64,000 nucleotides of DNA from Antedon mediterranea. Lineage: Eukaryota; Animalia; Echinodermata. This document shows, in pieces, positions 26,401 through 38,400 of the stretch. Below the pieces are notes generated by a model. The model had not been told where the DNA came from. It did no database searches and saw only the letters and a list, made by a program, of their open reading frames with translations. The stretch spans positions 16,030,948-16,094,947 of the forward strand of contig NC_092673.1 in the NCBI RefSeq assembly GCF_964355755.1, in the 5' to 3' direction. Every line of letters begins with the position of its first letter. Position 1 is the stretch's first letter. Made by a program: the position numbers and the translations under genes.

Positions 26401-29400
26401 CTACAGGTAATCCTTTAAAACAGTATACAAAAATGGTCACTGACAAATTGAGAGAAAAGAAAACTGTAAACGTATGTCAATACTAGCGTAATAAAAACAT
26501 AATATAAATAAAGTATCACCTACAGGACTATTTCAAACCAGTCACTTAGGCTTTCTTTCTAAATGAATCAATGAGGCATTATGAGCAGCTATTTCATTTT
26601 TTTTGCTTCAATCCTTTTAAAATTTACTAAAAAAATTTATTTGGTTTTGCTTTTGAGAGTAAACAATATTAGTTTTCTCTTATATTAAATTGTAAACAAT
26701 ACTGTATTTAACTTTGAATAAACATTTATTTCATTTTTATATCCATATATTGTTTTTGTTTTATGTGTCAGATTGACATGAAACCACCTGTAGATGATGA
26801 TGATAATAATGACAACAATGATGGTGGTATTGTTGTTGACTACAATAACGATGACAACAATGATGGTATGTAAACATTTATTTCTTTTTAATATCCATTT
26901 ATTTTATGTGTAGATTGACATGAAACCACCTACAGATGATGATGGTATTGTTGTTGATGACAACAATGATGATTACAAAACTGATGACAACAATGATTAC
27001 AACAATGATGGTATGTAACTTTCCCTTAAATTCTAATTATTATTACATTTTTGTAGTAAAAGCACTAATAAATAAGTTGCAATCATCAGCTTGCAATTTC
27101 TGTCATATTAAACATCTATTGTCCCCAAAAAACATGAAAAATAAAGATTATTAAAATCAGACTTTGAATAGATTATTTTGTAGTTAATCACTTCTGTAGA
27201 AAAAAAAGGAAACAACTAAGGTTTTCACTTATAAAATAACAAAATAAATGGTTAAATTTTACCAAATACCCATTGACTGGCAGTCAATTTGACTTTTTTT
27301 TTTCAATCCAATTTTTAGTCGCGTGGAAGCGACTCTATAGTTCACTATGTCGGTTGGTCGGTCTGTCTGTCTGTCTGTCTGTCTGTCGGTCTGTCTGTCG
27401 GTCTGTCTGTCTGTCTGTCGGTCCGGTATCACTATGCGTTTTATCGCTTTATGACCTTATCTTGATATCAGTTTAATCTAGCTAAATCAATTTTTCACAG
27501 AATATTCCTTATGGCCAGGAATCGATGTGGTTATGATTTCACGGTGCGCAATAAAAAATTACGCGGTCTACGCACGATTTAACGAAATCACGTTTGTAAT
27601 CATATCTTAACAACCATGAATCACAATTAAATAAAATTTGGTACTCATAAATTTCAGGGCATAAATCATCATATGGCAATACAATTACGTGCGTAGCGCA
27701 TGTAACGCATGCGTACGCGCGCCTAAAATTTTCAAAATTTATTTTCGATGAAATAAGAGTACGTTTCAGGCAATTTTAAGCGTTTACAAAATTGCCATGA
27801 GTGCGCAGATTTTTGCGCGCGCACTGCGCGTTAAATGTTATTGCGCACTCTTTTTGCCCGATTTCTGTTTTCTTGACTTACTTTTCAACTCGAAATTACG
27901 TTATACGAGCACGTCAAAAGTGACAGGCTACGCACGTGTAAATTAAAAAAATATAAATGTTTTTAAACATTTCAACATTTTTAAACATGTTCAGTAATTT
28001 CGGTCAGTATAGTTCACTATGTCGGTCGGTCCGTCTGTCTGTCGGTCGGTCTGTCTGTCTGTCGGTCTGTTTGTCTGTCGGTCCGGTATCACTATGCATT
28101 GTAGCACGCGACTTAATGGCTGTTGGCCTTGTTTTTATAGTGGATAACTATTAGGTGACATTAAAATGGCATATTAAAAAAAAAAATTGTAACCATTATT
28201 TTTTCAGGAGGACGATACATCTTTAAATTCATAGTTATATAAAGTTAGATTTTCCAATTTAATGTAACTAAAGAAGTATAAAATTATGTTATCAGATTCA
28301 TAACTTAGAGGCAACCTATCTGTGTAACAATTATGGTGACCGTAATTTGGAGAAAACAAAGCGTCCTACTCCTAGACATAGTCTACAGACGCTGTACACG
28401 CAGGCTTGGTGGGCATGTTTCCTAGTTAGGAAAGTTAAAAAAACACCTAATTAAAAACTTAGAAGAGGCTTACAAAGATGCTTATTTTTTTTATGAATCT
28501 AGAAGAATCAAAGTGAATTCACAGTCCTGGTGACCGTCCCGGGGCGAAAGCTCATTATGATGATAATGAAGACAACTATACTCATAGCAACTTTTTAACT
28601 GAGTCACTGAATACTATGTTGACTTAAAATGTTAAAATAATGATGCTTGTTACGCCGTTTGTGGAATGACCAAAACACTTGTTTTCGCTACAGGTACTGA
28701 TACAGCTACTCAAGCTATTCCATTTGATACAGATCAACAATTAGATAAAGATGTAATCAAGGAAGTTAAGGAAAATAAGGAGACTTTGAAAGAAACATTC
28801 AACATCTGGGACCATGGGGGACAATTAATCTACCATGGTCTACATCGGGTAAGTAGGTTTCTGTATAGACTAACATGATTGTATGGCCATTCAGTAATTG
28901 CAAACCTCTTTCCATGGTACTTCATAGTAATATATAATATTTTAATATTAGATTCTTGTCATTTCATTGGAGGATTGTGGGTCACATGATATTCAATAGA
29001 CATACTATTAAACTTTTAAGTCAGATTACATATTCTTATGTTACACAGTGAGCAACCGAAACATGGGATGCAAGAATAGACTGCGTGTTAAAAAATCAAT
29101 CTGTATTGTCACGTCTATAATTGTTCTACTCAGCGTCCATTCCTGTCTTCTTGAATAGTTTAGGCCTTGGCCTTGGCCTAGCCTCTTGTTAAAAGTATAA
29201 CACACCTACTATAATTGTTTGCCTTCTGCCTTCTTGAATAGTTTAGGCCTTGGCCTAGCCTCTTGTTGATGTTTATGTATAATACATCTACTTTTAACAA
29301 GAGGCTAGGCCATTGAAAAGGCAGAACTCTAATTTTAGAGAGGGAGTAAAACAATTGGCAACATACAGCACACACTACTGGTTAATGAAACGTGATCAGT

Positions 29401-32400
29401 CAACAACAGCCTCTTGAAGAGTGTGTGGTTAAATGTTCACTGTGAAAATATGCGCAAAACAAAGTTGCAGTACTGGCACACATACCTGTATAATGACATT
29501 GCACTCTTGATGACATCATTAGGGGAGTAATAGAACATTTATTTATATCATGTGACCCATAATCCTCCAATCAAATAAAAATAATCTACTTTGGGGTGTT
29601 ATAATATACAAATAATGAATGTTTATGAGTGCAATGTATTGAAAAATAATTTCATGTGATAACAGTAGAACATTTCATCTTTCACTAATGAATTTTTTGT
29701 TTCATTGCATGAATATAAAATATTCATTATTTGTATATTATCCATGACTAATGTTAATATTAAACATTTTCAGTAAGTTTTCGCCACATTAATTATCAAA
29801 GAATTTGTATATGAAAGTCTTTATTATATATCAAGGTCCACATACAATTTAAAATAATATTTGTTATGTTGTCAGAAGGCCTTAAAGAATATTAATTAGT
29901 CAATATCTGAATATTTTTGCAGATGTTCATAACACTACAAGCACTATACATTGTTGTGTTTGATCTCAGTAAACCATTGGATGATCTTGCTACTTTCATT
30001 GATTCAACTGAAGTAAGTGTTTCTAGATGCAATAAGGCATTGAGATTGAACAAATCTTCTAATTTATAAGAACATGCATTTTATGCATTAAAAACAGTTC
30101 CAAATAAGATGTAGTAATGAATGCTTTCAAAAACTAACCATTTCAAGTTTCACTGTGATTAAGTGTTTTCATAATTTTTTTTATACAGGAAACATCTAGA
30201 CATCATTGGACCAATCTCCAGTTCATATTATCTTACATCCTGTCAGTTTATTCTCATAGTCGTATTGTGGAAGAAGATGAAGAGAATGAAGTTGACAAAC
30301 CAACTATCCTTATTGTGGGTACACATAAGGGTAAGCTTGGTAAGACTGAAAAACAGCAAAATGATGAGGTTAATACTTCTTTTGTTTCTATATTATTATA
30401 AATAGCCACAACCAAAGATACATTGCAGTTGTAAATGTTTTTAAATATGTATTACTTAAAATAAATTACAAAATTGACACATTCTTATTATGATATAGGT
30501 GTAAACTGTTATTAAAATTATTTACAAACAGGCAGAAAAGGCGTTTAAAATTATTCAAGATGTGCTTAAAACAAAACCATATGGAAATCATGTCTACCAC
30601 AAATATTTTGCCATTGAAAACAGCCAACCAACAACAGATAAGAGCTTTAGTGATCTCAAACAAGTTATTGATGAACTTATGAAAGCTTTAGAAAAGCCTT
30701 TTCCTTTAAAGTGGATGCGTTTTCGATGTGATCTACATGATCTAAGAGGAAAAAAACACCCCTCTTTTTCTTTGTGTCCTTTAGAAGAGGTAAATGTTAT
30801 TTGTTTTGTTTTTGTTCTTTTTTTTCAGAAAAGAACATTTTGGGAAATATTAAGTCGCAATATATCTATCAAGTATCTAAAAAAAAAAAATTTATGTTTC
30901 CAAATATAAGTACCCTTTAATTAAAAAATGTCTATAGATAATTAGATTACTATATCCAAAACCATATTTTCATCTCAGATATTTGCTGCCATTGTTTTAT
31001 TTATAAATTGTGTGTTTGAAAATAATAAGGTAATTAGCCATTGAAATTCAATATTTAAAACTATTTTTTCATGTATTACCCACATGTTACAAAAACTGAA
31101 TATTATTTCATTTTTTTTTTATTCTGAATAATACTAATTATTATTTCTTTTAGATCAAAATTCTGAAAAGTAAGAATGGTATTGTTGAAAAAGAAAAATA
31201 CAAATCAGTCCTGCTTAACTTCCTGTACGATCTTGGTGAAATTGTTTACATGCCTGACAACAAATTACTAAGGAATAAAGTCGTGCTAGATCCGTTGAGG
31301 CTGGTTGAAATTGTCACCAAATTTGTAACTGTGGTTCCCCCAAAATATCCCGTAAGTAGACTCATGTAATGTCTTGAATTGTAAAAACGTGTTGCCGTAG
31401 TATAATTACTCCTGTTCTGTGTAATTTATTATTCCTTATAGCAAAGAGTTTGCCTTTAGTAATATTTGATAGAGATGCTTAACATTTTCTATAGATAAAA
31501 AAAAGTCATTTGTAATTTATTGTAATTTTTTTACAAGTTTTAATTATTTCACTTTTAATATTCTGCTTTCAATCTATTATAATTGAAGCACTATAAAAGT
31601 GAATAGCAAACTAACTTGGAGTAATTTCACAGTTTAACCCTTTCACTGCGTGTATTACCGGGTATAAACATGTCGTTGATCTCCATATAACCATCATTAC
31701 CGAGTACACTATATTTTTGATAAACTTAAATATATTTGCAATGTTTTAAAACTATTTTCCTGCACTACATGCAACCTCTATATTTTTTAATATCGTCGTA
31801 TCGTACCATTTTCTTACTCCAAACGGTAGACCAACCTTTTACCCACCTCAAAAATATTTACAAAATTATCTCATTTAGTAGGTTTTTGCAATTTATTAAA
31901 AATCACCTGTCTCTCAATGTTATGCACAGTGAAAGGGTTAAACCACGATACTGTATTATACCAACACATGGTTCATCCATATTCTAAATGCTTACTGTAT
32001 CTATTGCCGTCATCCTCACAACTGTTATAAACACAAAATACGATGCATAATTGATAGTTGGTGTTTTTTTTAGTCCGCTAAATTTAGAAGATCTTTTGAT
32101 AAGCTTGACAAAGGCATACTGGAAGAAGACTTGTTGCGAAAATTATGGAAAGATAGTAAAGTTGATGACGAAAAGAATTTTGAGTTCCTTGTAGCACTGA
32201 TGATTCAATTCGGTTTTATATGTGAGAGAAAGACAACCAGTAGCCAAGATGTGGCAAGTACATCTATAGTAGGTTATGTTTCTTTAATCTTTCATTTGAT
32301 GCATGTAAGATTTGGAATAAAAAGTATTATTCTAATAGTTTGGATTTAAATGTTGAGACAAAGTTTGAATAAACTTTCTAGTGAAAATGGCTAAATGATA

Positions 32401-35400
32401 GAGTATCTTTAGTTTGTTTAAAGTAATCTAAATGGCATCGTTACGAATTAACAATTTCAGAAATCAGTTGGAAAACGATCCTTTTTTGTACCACTGCGAC
32501 TTGCTATCAAGACAAGTCAAGTGAGACAAGTACCTGATGATTCACAATCTATCAGCAGACCTATCTATTACGACTTTGAGGGATATCTGCCAGACGTATT
32601 GTTTCCATATTTAATTATTGAATTCCTTAACAAATTTCAAAAGGAAGGAGTTAACCCAATACTCGCATGTAATTATGCAGAACTTTACCTCGACGAAAAT
32701 CATCATGTGACTTTGTCTATTGACAAATTTATTACTAAGAATGATGAGCGAAAGTTCTTGTTAAAGGTAATATATAATCTCAAATGTTCAATAAATATCA
32801 CTAAATTATGAAAGTTAAATATTGTTGCTTAGTCTTTCCCTGATCTGTCATGTCAGAATCTACTTTAAATGCATATAAAACTAAAACTAAATTCTGATAA
32901 CAAAACATTACATCTATTTTTACTTTCTAGATGGCTATTAAAAGAACAGATTCTTTTGATGAAACGAGTAAAGAGGAGCCTTCAGCTGAAGCATGTAAAT
33001 TGGTATGTATCTATACCAGTTACGTTCTCTATCTATTTGGAGGTAGTTTATGAAAATACACATAGAAAGTTTTCTCCTCAATTTTTTGTCAGGTTTGCTT
33101 GATGTCTGAAAATTTCTGCATATACTGATTTTAAAAACCAATTACATATTACTTTCCAACATTGCATTGTATAGTATAATAATGAATGTTTATGAGATGG
33201 ATGGTAAGAATATTTTATGAGTTGAAAGATTGACTGCACTATTTTTAACAAAGCAGAGCCGAAAATAGAGCAGTCAATGAATAACATATTCTCTCCATTC
33301 AAAGAATACAAAACATTCATTATTTATTTTATAACACACCTATTTTTTATTAAATTTATCCATCGTAAATCAGTGACGAATGTTAGGCCCGGGAAGCTAG
33401 GTCATTTAAAAAGGCGGTGATCCAACTTTGGACACGGAGTAGAACCGTAAACAGCGTAAACAAATTACATCCATGTTCTCTTTTATTTTTGTAATTGAAT
33501 TGTAAGTAATTTTAATATGTATCTGCCTATTAAAAGATTTATTCCCAATCAAGTTTTCAGATTTACACCATAAATCTAAAAACATTGCCTGCCTCACATT
33601 ACATAAAATGTCTAACTTTGTAAGCTACTGCACCATTGATGTGTTAAATTCAATTAAATTCAAATCAACATTAAATTTATATCTTTAGGTTTTGTCAACA
33701 GTTGAGAAGTCATTCGAGCAATCTAAAGATGGTGGTAGAAGAGGGATTCCATTCAAGAGATGCATTCCTTGTCGGTGTAGTGATCAATTAGACAAAAAGC
33801 ATTTTCAAATTCTTAAAGATTTCCAATGCAGGAAGTTTACGTGCACAGAAACTGGCAAGTCTGTTACGATGGATGTCACATGTTACAAGCGGCTGTTTGG
33901 AGGTAAGAGTCATTAAATTTATTTATTTTTATTAAGTACATTTTCATTAATACACTACTTTCTTCATGAAGGACTCTCACTCATCCCTAGAGCACAGGAA
34001 ACTGAAAAACAAAAGGCTATTTCTGTTCTATAAACAATTTGTGACCTATTTCTGCAAAAAAGTGACATGTTTAAATAATTATAGAATAGAGAAAGAGGAT
34101 ACTGTACCTTATTTGAAAATAGACATATTTGATAATACTCTTCCAGTAGTAGTACAACAATCATTATTGATAATCTATACATTGTTACAACATGCTGCTA
34201 TTAGCTGTGATATCTTCATTCCTCTTACCAGTAGTAGTACTATCAAAATCATTATTGATAATCTATACATTGTTACAACATGCTGCTATTAGCTGTGATA
34301 TCTTCATTCCTCTTACCAGTAGTAGTACTATCAGAATCATTATTGATAATCTATACATTGTTACAACATGCTGCTATTAGCTGTGATATCTTCATTCTTC
34401 TTACCAGTAGTAGTACTATCAAAATCATTATTGATAATCTATACATTGTTACAACATGCTGCTATTAGCTGTGATATCTTCATTCCTCTTACCAGTAGTA
34501 GTACTATCAGAATCATTATTGATAATCTATACATTGTTACAACATGCTGATATTAGCTGTGATATCTTCATTCCTCTTTCCAGTAGTAGTACTATCAGAA
34601 TCATTATTGATAATCTATACATTGTTACAACATGCTGCTATTAGCGGTGATATCTTCATTCCTCTTCCAGTAATAGTACTATCAGAATCATTATTGATAA
34701 TCTATACATTGTTACAACATGCTGCTATTAGCTGTGATATCTTCACTCCTCTTACCAGTAGTAGTACTATCAGAATCATTATTGATAATCTATACATTGT
34801 TACAACATGCTGCTATTAGCTGTGATATCTTCACTCCTCTTACCAGTAGTAGTACTATCAAAATCATTATTGATAATCTATACATTGTTACAACATGCTG
34901 CTATTAGCTGTGATATCTTCATTCCTCTTACCAGTAGTAGTACTATCAGAATCATTATTGATAATCTATACATTGTTACAACATGCTACTATTAGCTGTG
35001 ATATCTTCATTCCTCTTACCAGTAGTAGTACTATCAGAATCATTATTGATAATCTATACATTGTTACAACATGCTGATATTAGCTGTGATATCTTCATTC
35101 CTCTTACCACTAGTAGTACTATCAGAATCATTATTGATAATCTATACATTGTTACAACATGCTGCTATTAGCTGTGATATCTTCATTCCTCTTAGTCTTA
35201 CCAGTAGTAGTACTATCAGAATCATTATTGATAATCTATACATTGTTACAACATGCTGCTATTAGCTGTGATATATTCATTCCTCTTACAAGTAGTAGTA
35301 CTATCAGAATCATTATTGATAATCTATACATTGTTACAACATGCTGCTATTAGCTGTGATATATTCATTCCTCTTACAAGTAGTAGTACTATCAGAATCA

Positions 35401-38400
35401 TTATTGATAATCTATACATTGTTACAACATGCTGCTATTAGCTGTGATCTTCATTCTTCTTACCAGTAGTAGTACTATCAGAATCATTATTGATAATCTA
35501 TACATTGTTACAGCATGGTGCTATTAGCTGTCATATCTTCAGTTCTCTTACCAGTAGTAGTTCTAGTAGAATCACATGATGTAATCACACCCCACTAAAA
35601 AAAAGTACAAATGATCAATGTTATTATAGGATAATATCCTGTTGAAGTCTAAAATTATATTTGAAAACCAGAACTTCTAAGTCTGTACTCTACACTCTTT
35701 AATATAATTGAGACAATCCCCAAATCATTTCCTTTTGTTATGTTCTGTAGCAATAATGTCACTCGGCAGTGACAATACCTGCTAAATGTGGTGTTCACAA
35801 AAGTAAATTGTTGCCTATATAACAACAGTTACACTTGTGATAACATGCTCTGTCATAGCTTGCATCCTAGCATATAGTATTGAATGAATTATTGTTTTAT
35901 CATTATTTCATTTGTTACAGCTGATGATGTTGGGACATCTGGTTCAAATCAAGGTATGTTAAATTTACTATAAATAATATTTGGATAATACTATTACTCT
36001 ACTAATTTCCTTAAGAAGAACTCCCTCTCACCATTTTTAGAGAGAATCATTATTTTAAACTTTTTTGTGTGTACTTATATATTGATGGTATCATACTCAT
36101 TTTTCCATTCCAGAAATCTCAGAGAATGAATTCCTGCAACTGTTAACTGATACAGCAGCATGGTTTGATGGACTTGGATATCTCAAAATATTGAAAGTTT
36201 TATACAAAGACCATCTTTCAAAATCGAATGTAGAGGTGGAAAGAGCTAGAAGTGTTTGGGATCTGCTACAGGATTTAAGAGCCTCAGGAAGTTTGGGTCC
36301 ATCAAACCTTACTATTCTATATGACACAATAACAGTAACCAAACAATTTGGCTTCCAGTCAAACGTTGAGAATCAACCTCCAGAAAATATTAAGGATCAT
36401 GTAGTATCAATGTTGACACCTTTCAGACAGAAGGTTTATCAACTGGGAGTAAAACTTACGAAGGATGAAGTATCAACACTTGCCAGGTTATTTAACAATA
36501 TATTGGTAAAGACATATCAAGACAGCTGGAGTATGATTATGGATTTTGAACATAGAGGGATCATTGATAAGGATTTCACAAAGTTGGTTGAGTTTCTTAA
36601 AGTTTTAGAACAAAATGGAATGACAAAAGCTAGGAAGATTTTCATTGATGGTTGGTTGGTTTATTTGTTTTTAGTTCATCATCATGGTTCATTGTTAAAA
36701 CATATAGTACATACTGTAGTGCACTACAATCAAGTAAAAGTACTGTAACAAATTAAACATTTTAGGATTCAAATTATTATGATGTCCCTGTTTGTCTGTC
36801 TGCTGTTATGGTTGATTAAGGATATCAACCAACATTCGGTTAAATGGCAATTAGGCTGAATTGAATGACAAGTTAGTAAAATAACAATAATATGCTCAAT
36901 GAGTCCAATGGAAAATGAGCTGAACTGAAACGTATGTGTGTATTCCATGCTATTATCCCTATCAATCAGATTGACCCAAACCTTTGGAACATAATAATAA
37001 TCTGCATTTTAAATTTGTGAATGCCTCTCAATTCCTACAAAGCCCAGCATACCATTTGAGGGTCAAAAGACCGACTCTGGGGCTGATTCAGATCTTTACT
37101 ATTGCAAGAGGATCATTAAGTTGTATAAGAAAGCCACAGGTTGACAGCGTACCCATCACCACCTCCATGCCAATTAATGCACCCGGACACTTCATAAACT
37201 TGAGTTTAGATTATGTGACTTCTGCCTATCCCATTAATAACTTACTGAAACTAGAGAATGCAAAACTCCACCTACAATATAATTTTCCTACACATTAAAA
37301 TCTCTCCCTGAGAAAAGTGGTTTTGTTTTTTCAGCAAGGTAATTTGGCCTAATTGCACTGCATAACAAATTAATGTGAATTTTCCATGGTTGAAATCCTG
37401 CCTCAAATTGGGCTGAAGAAGGGAGTCTTTTTTAATCATTTCTTTTTTTTTAAATCATTTGACCCTGCCTGTTCAAAATTGAATTACATTATGATGGATA
37501 ATTTTGGCCAAATTTCAGTTTAAAAGTGTGGCCTGGCAGGATATATAAAGAAAACATTTATAGTAGGTTGTGACCTTGACCTTTCACGGAAGCATCCACC
37601 TACGCAGAATGAAAAAAAAAAAACAAGAAGTCAACAAGTAGTCTACATAATTAGATTTATTCTAAATAAGTCTTAAGTATATATGTCTTCTGGTATAGGT
37701 ATGTCTTCTGGTGCAGGTATGTCTTCTGGTGCAGGCGCGTCTTCTGGTGCAGGTGTGTCTTCTGGTGCAGGTGTGTCTTCTGGTGCAGGTGTGTCTTCTG
37801 GTGCAGGTGTGTCTTCTGGTGCAGGTGTGTCTTCTGGTGCAGGTGTGTCTTCAGGTGCAGGTGTGTCTTCTGGTGCAGGTGTGTCTTCTGGTGCAGGTGT
37901 GTCTTCTGGTGCAGGTGTGTCTTCTGGTGCAGGTGTGTCTTCTGGTGCAGGCGCGTCTTCTGGTGCAGGTGTGTCTTCTGGTGCAGGTGTGTCTTCTGGT
38001 GCAGGTGTGTCTTCTGGTGCAGGTGTGTCTTCTGGTGCAGGTGTGTCTTCTGGTGCAGGTGTGTCTTCAGGTGCAGGTCTTTCGTCTGACACAGGTGAAT
38101 GTCAAGGTAACTATCAAGGCACTAGAGCAACACTCTACAGCAAAAAAATATATTATTGTTGATATTTAGCCAGGAGTTTTTGTATACAATATTAAAATAG
38201 ACTAGAAATCTTTATTACCATTCTATGCTAAGTGATTGTAGTTGTTTATCTAGGGTGTAATCTAAATTGATTAAAATCTATATTTATCAGGCAACCTTAA
38301 AATAAATAAATAAATAAAGTTTTTCTTTGACTTTCTCCAAATCTATTCCATTCATTTCTTTTTCAGGTAGACATTATACATTAATCCTGTTTGTTGCTTA

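Noticed and set aside
30331-30336. Internal donor-like GTAAGC right after THK, which might restore a G4 Asp by splicing
   Set aside because: It would be phase 1, while the next exon (30532) is phase 0 and no suitable intervening exon is visible.
33966-35441. Series of about 62-aa ORFs (MLLLAVISS...) resembling signal peptides
   Set aside because: They are translations of the 88-bp intronic repeat, whose unit is not a multiple of 3.
37673-38092. Minus-strand (PAPEDT)n ORF and plus-strand (VQVCLL)n ORF
   Set aside because: They are alternative readings of the 18-bp repeat. Only the GVSSGA frame fits the phases of the surrounding + strand exons.
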